DNA of 64,000 bases. Source: Planctomycetota bacterium (GTDB taxonomy: Bacteria > Planctomycetota > B15-G4). The translations under genes were made by a program, and so were the position numbers. Positions 1 through 10,679 of the stretch are shown here, in pieces (the first letter of the stretch is position 1; each line of letters begins with the position of its first letter). The stretch is taken from contig CBDFJQ010000002.1 of the NCBI GenBank assembly GCA_965248575.1, positions 1,216,001-1,280,000 on the forward strand, written 5' to 3'. The notes below the pieces were generated by a model, which had not been told where the DNA came from, did not search any database, and saw only the letters and a list, made by a program, of their open reading frames with translations.

Positions 1-64
1 CCGCCCGGGACCACGCACAGAGTGCGCTGGGCCCCGGACGGGCCTGGACTCGAGGGAGCCTGTC

Positions 65-2044
<1,980 letters not shown>

Positions 2045-2212
2045 TGGAAGAAGGGGTGTGGGGCGGTCCCCAAAAAAGCGAACCGCGCTCACCGGGTGCT
2101 GTAGGACGGGGGAATTCCCGTCGCGGATCGTCCCAGTGTGAAGTGTCTAGATTTGTAGTGAAAACAAAGCCCAGTAGTTTAGGGATCCTGCGGAGGCCGT
2201 GCGAGGGAATCT

Positions 2213-3694
2213 TCAGCCCTGCGATCTGTCCGGCCTTGGGGCCTCAGCCGCTTGTTGGACCAGCTTTTCCAACTCATCCAGGACCTCTGCCTGGGAAAGG
2301 TCGGACGTATCGAGCAGTCGGGCCCCTGAGGCCCTGCTCAACGGGGCATGCTCCCGTTGGCTGTCGCGCCAATCCCGGGCCTCCAGGGCTGCCACCACCT
2401 GATCAACGGTCTCACCTTCGCCGGGGTTCTGAGCCAACCGACGCCGAGCCCTGACCTCGGGGCGGGCGTCCAGATAGACCTGGACGACGGCCTCGGGGAA
2501 CACGACCGTGGCCATGTCCCGACCTTCCGCAACCAGGCCAGCACCCACCCCAGCGGCCTGGCGCTGGACCTCCAGCAAGGCATGGCGAACCTCCGGGTGG
2601 GCGCTTGCCGCCGAGACGGCCGCCGAGACGGCCGCGCTGCGCAAGCGAGCGTCTTCCACCGGCACTCCGTCCAGCAGCACCTCACCCTGGGAGCCCACGG
2701 CCAGGTCCAGGCCCGCGGCCAGCGCGCCCCACTCGGCGCCGTCGGCGTCGAGGGCGAGACCCGCTTCGATGCCCAGGGCCGTCACCGTGCGATAGAGCGC
2801 CCCTGAATCCAACATGACGAACCCCAGGCGCTCGGCCAGTTGCCGGCTCACTGAGCTCTTGCCGCTTCCGGCAGGACCGTCCAACGTCACCACGATGGGC
2901 GCCCGGCCCGCCACCTCGCCGTGGCACCCGAAGCGTACGTCTTCCCGAACGAGGGTGAGCTCGCCGTCAATCATGTGCGCGTGACATCCGGAGCGTTCGA
3001 AGTCGGCCATCACCACGAGTCGGCCAGCACCCTCCCCGCTCCCGATTCGCTCGTCCCGCGCCACGTGCACGTGCCCGCACAGAATGAGATCGGGCCCGGT
3101 CTCGAAGGCGCGGACGACTTCCTCGTCCACGATGGCCATGCTGGCCTGACTCTTCTCCCCGGTGGCCCGGGTGGCCCCATGCACCAAGCGGTCACCCACC
3201 CACGCCAGGCTGCTCGCCGGGATCGTGCGGAACACCCAGCGCATGGCGGGGTGCCGCAGGACGCCATGAAGCTTGTGGTAGCTCTCATCGTTGGTGCAGA
3301 ACGCATCACCGTGGAGCAGCCGCAGCACCTGGCCACGAACGGAGATGTCCAGGTTCTGCTCATAGACCTCGAGGCCGCAAGCACGCTCGAGCTCTGGCCC
3401 CATCAGGAAGTCGTGGTTGCCGTGAATGATCACGACCCGGATGCCCCCCTCGCTGGCGGACTTCAGCGCGTCGAAGAAGGGTTTGAGCCCAGGGTCCTGC
3501 AGGGAGCGGGCACCCAGCCAGGCGCGGAAGACATCGCCCAGGAGGAACAGGGCATCCGCAGCTTGCGCCCGCACGTGCTCGACAAAGCGGCAGGCACGAG
3601 CCACGCCCTCCGGATCCTGGGCCGCCAGGTGGAAGTCGGACGCGAACCAGGCGCGCTGCGGGGCCCGACGGAGTCGGTCGGTTGAAGCGGACAT
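2213..3694 (-). CDS. cmk: Fusion: LpxH-like UDP-2,3-diacylglucosamine hydrolase (metallophosphoesterase) + cytidylate kinase
   Basis: N-terminal calcineurin-like motifs SDFHL, LLGDVF, HGNHDF, LLHGD, CGHVH; C-terminal Cmk motifs TLDGPAGSGKSS, LDSGALYR, VAEGRDMATVVFP, ARDWRDSQREHAPL; one uninterrupted ORF upstream of rpsA. Confidence 0.9.
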   Translation of the reverse strand: MSASTDRLRRAPQRAWFASDFHLAAQDPEGVARACRFVEHVRAQAADALFLLGDVFRAWLGARSLQDPGLKPFFDALKSASEGGIRVVIIHGNHDFLMGPELERACGLEVYEQNLDISVRGQVLRLLHGDAFCTNDESYHKLHGVLRHPAMRWVFRTIPASSLAWVGDRLVHGATRATGEKSQASMAIVDEEVVRAFETGPDLILCGHVHVARDERIGSGEGAGRLVVMADFERSGCHAHMIDGELTLVREDVRFGCHGEVAGRAPIVVTLDGPAGSGKSSVSRQLAERLGFVMLDSGALYRTVTALGIEAGLALDADGAEWGALAAGLDLAVGSQGEVLLDGVPVEDARLRSAAVSAAVSAASAHPEVRHALLEVQRQAAGVGAGLVAEGRDMATVVFPEAVVQVYLDARPEVRARRRLAQNPGEGETVDQVVAALEARDWRDSQREHAPLSRASGARLLDTSDLSQAEVLDELEKLVQQAAEAPRPDRSQG

Positions 3695-3753
3695 GCTCAA
3701 GGGGAGGACCCGGCATTGGGATGGGCTGATCCGTCCAGTAGACTTCTGGGATC

Positions 3754-4353
3754 ATGTCGACTCAAGCAAGCGCTGACGAACTCCAGACAGTCATTTCCTC
3801 CACCTTCGAACGGCACCGGCAAGTGCTGGAGGCTTCGACGGAGGCCTTGCCGCCCAAGATCGAGAGCGCTGCCCGGTTGCTCATCGCGGCCTATCTGGGG
3901 GGCGGAAAGGCGATCCTCTTCGGCAATGGTGGCAGCATGTCGGACGCTCAGCACATCGAAGGAGAGCTCGTCAACCGCTTCGCCATTGATCGCCAGGGCG
4001 TCGCGGCCGTGGCCCTCGGCAGCCCCGCCAGCTTGACGGCGACGGCCAATGACTACTCCTATGAAGATGTCTTCGCGCGCATGCTCGTGGCGCACCATCG
4101 CCCCGGGGACGTGGCCTGTGGCTTCACGACCAGCGGCAACTCCACCAATGTGGTGCGGGCACTCGAGAAGGCCCGTTCCCTCGGCCTGGCCACCATCGCG
4201 TTCACCGGCGAGGGCGGCGGCCAGTGTGCAAGCATCGTGGACGCCTTGATCGACGTGCCCTCCAAGCACACTCCACGCATTCAAGAGATGCACATCACCG
4301 TGGGGCACATGCTGTGTGATCTCGTCGAGCGAGCCGTGGTCGGGCAATCCTAG
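3754..4353 (+). CDS. gmhA: D-sedoheptulose 7-phosphate isomerase (SIS domain)
   Basis: FGNGGSMSDAQH, ANDYSYEDVFAR, TTSGNSTNV, TPRIQEMHITVGH. Confidence 0.95.
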   Translation: MSTQASADELQTVISSTFERHRQVLEASTEALPPKIESAARLLIAAYLGGGKAILFGNGGSMSDAQHIEGELVNRFAIDRQGVAAVALGSPASLTATANDYSYEDVFARMLVAHHRPGDVACGFTTSGNSTNVVRALEKARSLGLATIAFTGEGGGQCASIVDALIDVPSKHTPRIQEMHITVGHMLCDLVERAVVGQS

Positions 4354-4354
4354 C

Positions 4355-5080
4355 GTGCCCGAGGTGAGCCCCTCCGTGAGCACCCCGAAGGCCCTCCGCC
4401 CCGCCGTGTTCCTGGACCGGGACGGCACGCTCATCGAGGAGCGCAACTATCCGTGCCGGCCCGAGGACATCGTCCCCATCGCCGGCGTGGGCCAGGCCCT
4501 GCATCGCCTGGCTGCCCTGGGATTCCTGCGCGTCGTGCTCACCAATCAGTCCGCTGTCGCCCGGGGCATGCTGACCGAAGAGAGCCTGGCTGAGCTGCAC
4601 CGCTCCATGCTGCGCCAGCTGACCGCGGCCGGGGGAGGTGTGGACGCCATCTACTACTGTCCCCACCATCCCGAAGGCTGCGCGGTGGGCTACAGCTTCC
4701 GCTGCTCGTGCCGCAAGCCGTTGCATGGCTTGCTGGAAACGGCCATGAATGAACACGGCATCGACCTCGCGCGATCCATCTTCATCGGCGACCGGGCACG
4801 GGACCTCTACGCGGATGCGGGCCCGGCTGCAGCGCGCCTGCTGGTGCGTAGCGGCCACACGGAAAGACACACCCAGGACGCGGACGCCGTGCTGCCCTCC
4901 ATCGTGGAGGCGACCCAGTGGATCGCCGAGCGCTTCGATCGCCGAACCCAGCCCCCGATCAGCGATACCGGCAGCGAAGCGATCTCCGAGCCGGACCCGC
5001 CGCCAACAGATCCAGCGCTAGGGCACGTGCCGCATGAGGGCGGGACCGACGATCCGGGCGGCCCACATCGGCAAGCGTGA
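4355..5080 (+). CDS. gmhB: D-glycero-D-manno-heptose 1,7-bisphosphate phosphatase (HAD IIIA)
   Basis: AVFLDRDGTL, TNQSAVARG, YYCPHHP, CSCRKP, IGDRARD; follows gmhA. Start uncertain (GTG 4355/4364/4376); 3' end overlaps the convergent gene by 63 bp. Confidence 0.92.
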   Translation: MPEVSPSVSTPKALRPAVFLDRDGTLIEERNYPCRPEDIVPIAGVGQALHRLAALGFLRVVLTNQSAVARGMLTEESLAELHRSMLRQLTAAGGGVDAIYYCPHHPEGCAVGYSFRCSCRKPLHGLLETAMNEHGIDLARSIFIGDRARDLYADAGPAAARLLVRSGHTERHTQDADAVLPSIVEATQWIAERFDRRTQPPISDTGSEAISEPDPPPTDPALGHVPHEGGTDDPGGPHRQA

Positions 5081-6085
5081 CAGCACCTTTTGCGGAATGG
5101 CCATCTTGGGGTTGCTGGGCGTGATCGTCGACGGCTTGCCGCCGGAGGGGAAGTAGAACTCGTAGTGCAGGGGGGTCGGCTCAAAACCCATGTGCTGCTT
5201 GAACGACGCTGGCCCGGAGCCACAGCGGCTGCGGCCAAAGTCGAAGATGCGATAGCCCTTGCGAACCGCATCTTCCATCAACGATGCGTACATCGTGTTG
5301 TTGACACCCAGGCGACCAGCGCCTTCGGCCGCACCTGAGTAGTACGCATAGAGCACGGAGCCGGAAGCCAGGCTCAACACCGCTCCGATCAACTCACCAT
5401 CCTTGGTCACACCGTGCAGCATGGCCCGGTTGCCGTACAGATCCATCAGGCGCCGGAAGTGCCCCTTGCGGAAGACCGGCGAACCGAGGCTGCGCTTGTT
5501 CAGGCAATAGATCTTGTAGAAGTCGTCGAACAGCTGGTCACCTTCGACGAACACGAGCCCATGCTTGTTGCGCGCCTTACGCACTTCCGCGCGTGCCTTG
5601 CGGGGAATGGTCGCCAAGACCTCATCAGGTGATTCGGGGAGTTCCTTGCGGTAGGTCTCGTAGTGTGAACCTGAACCGGAGGTGCGGCCCGTCACCGGTT
5701 CACCCAGGTAGCGCGTTTCGATGTAGCGCACGTGGGTGTTGCGCGCCAGGATCCGCGCCGCCTCATCGAGAGCACCGATGGATTCGGCGTCGCTGGCAAG
5801 GATGCCACCGTAGACACCGTAGGGCACGGACACGAGGCGACGCCCCGTGATCGGGGCTGCCACGAGTGCCAAGGGGAGCACACCGCGGATGTCCCTGCCC
5901 GACCAGGCGATCAAGGTGCGCTGTTCAAAACCCGAGGTGGAACGAACGAGATCCAACCAGCGCGTCTCGTGGAACGGCGTGCCCGCGGGGTGCGCCATGA
6001 CGTAGCGATCCACGGCGCGCGCGTAGCGCACATCGAAGAGATCGACGGAGACGGGCGGCCGATCGGTACGGCGTGACTCGCTCAC
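5018..6085 (-). CDS. FemAB-like GNAT protein of the type associated with XrtA/PEP-CTERM EPS loci
   Basis: TPFHETRW, GVLPL, LVSVPYGVYGG, RKARAEVRKA, FDFGRS, FKQHMGFEPTPLHY; GTG start overlaps the upstream stop (GTGA). Confidence 0.85.
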   Translation of the reverse strand: MSESRRTDRPPVSVDLFDVRYARAVDRYVMAHPAGTPFHETRWLDLVRSTSGFEQRTLIAWSGRDIRGVLPLALVAAPITGRRLVSVPYGVYGGILASDAESIGALDEAARILARNTHVRYIETRYLGEPVTGRTSGSGSHYETYRKELPESPDEVLATIPRKARAEVRKARNKHGLVFVEGDQLFDDFYKIYCLNKRSLGSPVFRKGHFRRLMDLYGNRAMLHGVTKDGELIGAVLSLASGSVLYAYYSGAAEGAGRLGVNNTMYASLMEDAVRKGYRIFDFGRSRCGSGPASFKQHMGFEPTPLHYEFYFPSGGKPSTITPSNPKMAIPQKVLSRLPMWAARIVGPALMRHVP

Positions 6086-7476
6086 GGGAGAATCCGTTTC
6101 GTCCGTCGGTAGATCACGTAGCGGTTGTCGTGGCGCGCGAGGGCTGGCGGAATCACCCCCACCCGGTGTGTCTCGCTGAAGAACTCGTGCAGCCATGATT
6201 TGAAATCGGCCCCGTAACCCGAGTCAAGGCGACTCAGCTTGACGGCAACCCAGACCTCGTTCTTGTTCCGGAGGAAGTCGTGACGCTTCTTCGCATCAAT
6301 GGCCGACTCCTCGTGGGTGACGATATCGGCAAAACTGGCCTCTCTATGTAGGTAGACCTCCAGAGTCGCGTGTTCATCCGCCACGATCAGGTCGCCTGGC
6401 GAGCCCTCTTGGGTCAGGTAGGCCGCCACCCCCCGCAGGTCATGCCGGTTTCCATCCTGCCGATAGGCCACGAGCTGCGGAGCAAAGGCCCCAAGCGCCA
6501 GCAGGGCCAGCAGACCACCGATCACGGGGCTCTTCTCGCTGAGGGCATCCCAGGCCCGCCCAGCCAGCAGGAGCACCGCAGGCAGGGAGCACATGACGTA
6601 GCGTTGATGCGTGCTGAAGCCTGCCAAAGAGGGGCCCAGGAGGATCGCGAGGGGAAGTCCGGCCGCCAGCAGCAGCGTGAGGCCCACCCCGCGCCGATCG
6701 CGCCAGGCGGCGGGCACCGCCAGCAGGGCCAGGAATCCGAGCACGGGCCCCACGTTGTAGCCGAGGCCCACGACGAAGTGCCGTGCGCTGTAGCTCCCGG
6801 GATCGAGGCCCTCGTAGACCCGCAGCACGACCTCCTCGAAGCCCCCTTGGTCCAGGGCCCATGCGGCCCCCAGCAAGACGAGCCCCGCCAGCCCCAAGCC
6901 CCCCAACCAACGCCAGCGGATCGGCGGCAGCAGCAGCGGAGCCAGCAGGCCGGGACCCAGCAGCAAGGCCGTGGGATGACAGAGCACAGCCATGACCCAA
7001 GCACCCGCAGCCAGTCGAGGTCGCTGCTTCGGCCCCTGAAGCGCCCAAAGAGTGGCCAAGGCGGAGAACAGCAAGAGCGGCGCGTAGAAGCGCGCCGTCT
7101 GCGCGTGATAGATCAGCCAGGGAGAGCAAGCGGCCAGAGTCGCAGCCCCCAAGCGCACCCGAGGCCGAAGCACATCGGCACGCAGCAGCAGCAAGGCGGC
7201 AACCGCCAACACGCCGGACACCGCGGACGCGGATCGCAGGGCCAGCTCCGAAACCCCCACCACGCTGGCGACGGCTAGCATGAGCAGATAGCCGAGCGGG
7301 TGACTGCGGGCGCCGTGCGACCACTGCTCTCCGGCGAGCATGCGCTGGACGTCATACCAGCTGTAGAGTTCGTCGCCGTCGAGGCTCCAGGCCCCCAGTC
7401 CCAGGAGCCGCATCGCCACCGCCACCCCCAGCACGACGCTGGCCGCGAGCCAACTCAACCGCGGCGCGGAGTTCAC
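6082..7476 (-). CDS. Multi-pass GT-C fold glycosyltransferase (GT39/PMT/ArnT-like)
   Basis: N-terminal TM followed by SLDGDELYS acidic loop, HPLGYLL, ALRSASA, SPWLIYHAQTARFY; many hydrophobic helices and a soluble C-terminal domain. Confidence 0.75.
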   Translation of the reverse strand: MNSAPRLSWLAASVVLGVAVAMRLLGLGAWSLDGDELYSWYDVQRMLAGEQWSHGARSHPLGYLLMLAVASVVGVSELALRSASAVSGVLAVAALLLLRADVLRPRVRLGAATLAACSPWLIYHAQTARFYAPLLLFSALATLWALQGPKQRPRLAAGAWVMAVLCHPTALLLGPGLLAPLLLPPIRWRWLGGLGLAGLVLLGAAWALDQGGFEEVVLRVYEGLDPGSYSARHFVVGLGYNVGPVLGFLALLAVPAAWRDRRGVGLTLLLAAGLPLAILLGPSLAGFSTHQRYVMCSLPAVLLLAGRAWDALSEKSPVIGGLLALLALGAFAPQLVAYRQDGNRHDLRGVAAYLTQEGSPGDLIVADEHATLEVYLHREASFADIVTHEESAIDAKKRHDFLRNKNEVWVAVKLSRLDSGYGADFKSWLHEFFSETHRVGVIPPALARHDNRYVIYRRTKRILP

Positions 7477-8618
7477 GACGGCGTGCCGCCCTCGGGAGTC
7501 TCGCTCGGGGCCGCCGCCAAGCCGGCGTGCGTTCGCGCCTCCAATCGTCCGGCGGCCTGATCCGCCGGCGGATCGGCATCACCGTCAGGCCCAGCGGCAG
7601 CCGCAGCCGAAGCATCAGCCGCGATCCGGCGAGCCGCGCGGCCGGGCGCCGACTCGCCCTCGACCGTGTAGTCGCGCAGGTTGTGCGAGCTGGTGAAGAT
7701 GATGATCTCGCCCACGAGCCCCAGGGCGAAGATTTGCACGCCCAGCACGATCAAAGCGATGCCCGCCACCAAGGAGGCCCTGTTCCGGGCGGTCCCGGCC
7801 GGGCTCCATTCCAGCAAGTAGTCCAAGCTGAGCCAGAGGCAGATGGCCGCACCCAAGACCGCACACAAGCCACCGGCCATGCCAAAGAAGCGCAACGGCT
7901 TGCGGGTGAACCGCGTGATGAACAGCAGCGCGACCACGTCCAGGATTCGTCGCACGTAGACACCCAGTCCGAAGAAACCCTGCCGCCCCTTCTCGCGCAG
8001 GTGACGCACGCGTACCTCACCCACCTTGAACCCCTGCCGATGGGCAAGCACAGGCAGGAAGCGCGACACATTGCCCTCGACCAGCACCTCCTCCACGACG
8101 CAGCGGCGCATGCCCGTCAGCCCGCAGTTGAGGTCGTGCAGACGCACGCCCGTCAACGAGCTCATCGCGCGGTTGTAGAACCAGGATTGGATGCGGTTCG
8201 TCACAGGGTCGACGCGGGGTACACGCCAACCAGCCACCAGGTCGTACCCACTCTCGAGGGCGTCCAGGACGTGATGGATGTCGCCCGGGTCCAGCTGCAT
8301 GTAGGACGGCAAGGACACCATGAGCCGCCCGTGAGCCGTGCGATAGCCCACGTCCAGGGCGCGCTCCTCACCGAAGGGCTGGTTGAAGTGGGCAAAGCGT
8401 ACTGGAGCACCGGGCGGAACCAGGGCTCGCAGCCGCTGGGTGCGTTCCTCTCCCAGGCCATCCAGCACACAGACGAACTCATAGACCGCACCGCGCTCTT
8501 CGAATTCTGCGCTGTACTGGCGGATGATCTCACCCAGGTCGGGGCAATCCTCCATCAACGCCAAGACAGCGCTGACGTCGACCTCTTGATCGCGTGTCCG
8601 CTCACTCAAGAGAAACAC
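7473..8618 (-). CDS. GT2 polyprenol-phosphate glycosyltransferase-like protein (ArnC/DPM-like) with degenerate DxD motif
   Basis: GYDLVAGWRVPRVDP, LHDLNCGL, RFLPVLAHRQGFKVGEV and two C-terminal TM helices; DGDGQ position reads PSYMQ. Confidence 0.82.
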   Translation of the reverse strand: MFLLSERTRDQEVDVSAVLALMEDCPDLGEIIRQYSAEFEERGAVYEFVCVLDGLGEERTQRLRALVPPGAPVRFAHFNQPFGEERALDVGYRTAHGRLMVSLPSYMQLDPGDIHHVLDALESGYDLVAGWRVPRVDPVTNRIQSWFYNRAMSSLTGVRLHDLNCGLTGMRRCVVEEVLVEGNVSRFLPVLAHRQGFKVGEVRVRHLREKGRQGFFGLGVYVRRILDVVALLFITRFTRKPLRFFGMAGGLCAVLGAAICLWLSLDYLLEWSPAGTARNRASLVAGIALIVLGVQIFALGLVGEIIIFTSSHNLRDYTVEGESAPGRAARRIAADASAAAAAGPDGDADPPADQAAGRLEARTHAGLAAAPSETPEGGTPS

Positions 8619-9598
8619 TCCTCACGGGCCATGGGTGCGTAGGCGGTCTCTCGTGCGGAACTGCTCTTGAGTGCCAGCTCACACAGCAGGCCCATCATCA
8701 GGAAGTAGAACGAGAGACAGAAACTGAGGGTCGCGATGGCTGGCAGAACGACGGTCGAGTAATTGACCAGCTCCATGGTGCCGGTATCCACGAACGCCAC
8801 GAAGCTGAGCCCAAGGGCGGTGAGGAAGGTCGCGATGCCGAGCAGCCCGAAGTAGTGCAGAGGCTGGCCGCTGAAGCGCACCAGCAATCGCAACACCACC
8901 ATGTCCGTCAGCAGCTTCCAGGTGCGCCCGATGCCGTACTTCGAAACGCCTTGGCGACGCGGGTGGTGATGAACCACGCGCTCCCCGACGCGGGCACCCA
9001 CCGCGGCGGCCAGCCCTGGAATGAAGCGGTGCATGTCCGAGTACAGGTGCAGCTTGTGGATGATGCTGGCCCGGTAGGCCTTCAAGGTGCAGCCGAAGTC
9101 GTGTAGCCGGACCCCGGTGATCTCGGCCAGCAGCCAGTTGGCGGCCACCGAGGGAACCACCCGGCTGAGCACGTTGTCCTGGCGGTTCTTGCGCCACCCG
9201 CTGACGATGTCGAAGCCGTCGTCCAGGTCGGCCAGGAGCCCCGGGATGTCGGCTGGGTCGTTTTGCCCGTCGCCGTCCATGGTGACCAGCACCTCCCCGT
9301 GGGCTGCGTGGAATCCCGCGGCCATGGCTGCCGTCTGCCCGAAATTCCGCTGCAGCCGCAACACCCGCAGATACCGGCTGTTGCGACGGTGTTCTTCGAG
9401 GCGTTCGACGGTGCCATCCGTGCTTCCGTCATCCACTACGAGAATCTCCGACTCCCGCGGGATACCGTCGAGGGTGGCCTCAACGTCCTCCAAGAGGGGA
9501 CCGATGGAACCAACCTCGTTATAAACAGGGATGATGACGGACAGCTGGACCACCGGGTGCTCGACGGGTGCTCGAGGGGACACGTTCCGAACCTGCAT
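8606..9598 (-). CDS. GT2 polyprenol-phosphate glycosyltransferase (ArnC/DPM synthase-like)
   Basis: LSVIIPVYNE, VVDDGSTDGT, RNFGQTAA, TMDGDGQNDPADI, DIVSGWRKNRQD, LHDFGCTLKAYR, two C-terminal TMs. Start uncertain (ATG 9598 or a downstream GTG). Confidence 0.92.
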   Translation of the reverse strand: MQVRNVSPRAPVEHPVVQLSVIIPVYNEVGSIGPLLEDVEATLDGIPRESEILVVDDGSTDGTVERLEEHRRNSRYLRVLRLQRNFGQTAAMAAGFHAAHGEVLVTMDGDGQNDPADIPGLLADLDDGFDIVSGWRKNRQDNVLSRVVPSVAANWLLAEITGVRLHDFGCTLKAYRASIIHKLHLYSDMHRFIPGLAAAVGARVGERVVHHHPRRQGVSKYGIGRTWKLLTDMVVLRLLVRFSGQPLHYFGLLGIATFLTALGLSFVAFVDTGTMELVNYSTVVLPAIATLSFCLSFYFLMMGLLCELALKSSSARETAYAPMAREECFS

Positions 9599-9619
9599 CG
9601 TACCCTGGCCGTCCCTCAC

Positions 9620-10651
9620 ATGAATGCCATGTCGGTGGTCCTCTTCTCTCCTGCCCCGCACCCCGAGCGTCAGGCTCTCCTGTCGGCATTGGAGGCGGGC
9701 CTCGGATCCGTGGCCCTGGTCACCACGGCTCGCCAAGCCATGGAGGCCTGGAACGCCAGCCCCCGCTCCCTGCTGCTGCTGGATTTGCGTGGGGGCGGAT
9801 CCGACGCCCTGGAGGGGGCTCGGGCGGTCCACCAGGCCTGCCCACGGGCTCGCAGTCTTTCTCTGCTGCCGGAGGCGTTGCGAGGAGCCCCTGAGACGGA
9901 CGCCGTCATGCGCCCCCCGATCTACCTCGAAGAGGTGGTCCGCTGGTGTTCACGCGCCGCCCTAGGCCCTCTGGCCGAAGAAATCCTGGCCGATATCTCC
10001 GCCGGCCTCCGTCACGAGATCGGCAATCCCCTGACCTCACTTTTCCTCCAGATCGAGCTGCTGAAGGCCGATCCGACCCTCGAGACAGTCTTGGATCAGA
10101 TCTCCCTGATCGAAGAGTCAGCTCGTCGCATCGAGACCGTCGTCGAGGATGTGGCCAGCGGCGCCCAACGCAGCCTGGTGCGAGCCGAGGAGCTCTCGCT
10201 GGGCGACCTGCTCGAACAGACCAAAACTCGCCTTGCCCAGCGGTCCCCGAAGCTCATGAAGCGCATGGACGTCACCTGTGAAGATGCGGAGCTGCATGTG
10301 GACGGGGTGCTCCTGTCCCAGGCCCTCGCCGATCTCTGGGAGTATCTGTTGCGCGCCGGTGAGGGTGCGGAGCCCTTGAGCATCGAAGCGGGCCGCACGG
10401 CCGGAGGCAGCCTGCGCATCCGGCACAGGGCCCTGACTCCGCGCCTGCCGGAAGACGCCGCCGGCCGACTGTTCACCCCGCTCTGGGCCCGCCAGGCTCT
10501 CGGCCTTCCCGAGGGCATCAGTCTGACGACGGCCCGCAACGCCTTCCGGCGGCACGGGGGCGATCTCAGATCCCGTCAGGACGGAGAGCGTTTGCTCGTC
10601 GAGGCCTTCATCCCCGCCACTCACCAGTCCTCCCTGGAGTTCGGCGCATGA
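9620..10651 (+). CDS. Histidine-kinase-like protein: degenerate receiver-like N-terminus, HisKA H-box, degenerate HATPase domain
   Basis: H-box AGLRHEIGNPLTSL; LLLLDL receiver-like strand; F-box-like RLFTPL and terminal RRHGGDL present, but no N, G1 or G2 boxes. Confidence 0.75.
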   Translation: MNAMSVVLFSPAPHPERQALLSALEAGLGSVALVTTARQAMEAWNASPRSLLLLDLRGGGSDALEGARAVHQACPRARSLSLLPEALRGAPETDAVMRPPIYLEEVVRWCSRAALGPLAEEILADISAGLRHEIGNPLTSLFLQIELLKADPTLETVLDQISLIEESARRIETVVEDVASGAQRSLVRAEELSLGDLLEQTKTRLAQRSPKLMKRMDVTCEDAELHVDGVLLSQALADLWEYLLRAGEGAEPLSIEAGRTAGGSLRIRHRALTPRLPEDAAGRLFTPLWARQALGLPEGISLTTARNAFRRHGGDLRSRQDGERLLVEAFIPATHQSSLEFGA

Positions 10652-10679
10652 CCGACGCCCGTCCGGGAGACCTGCTCTG

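Noticed and set aside
8606..9832. ORF-track N-terminal extensions producing large overlaps (also 9263, 6196, 16115, 18492, 22835, 35312, 45984, 54755)
   Set aside because: The extensions lie inside neighbouring genes; downstream starts, several with ATGA/GTGA coupling, match the family N-termini.
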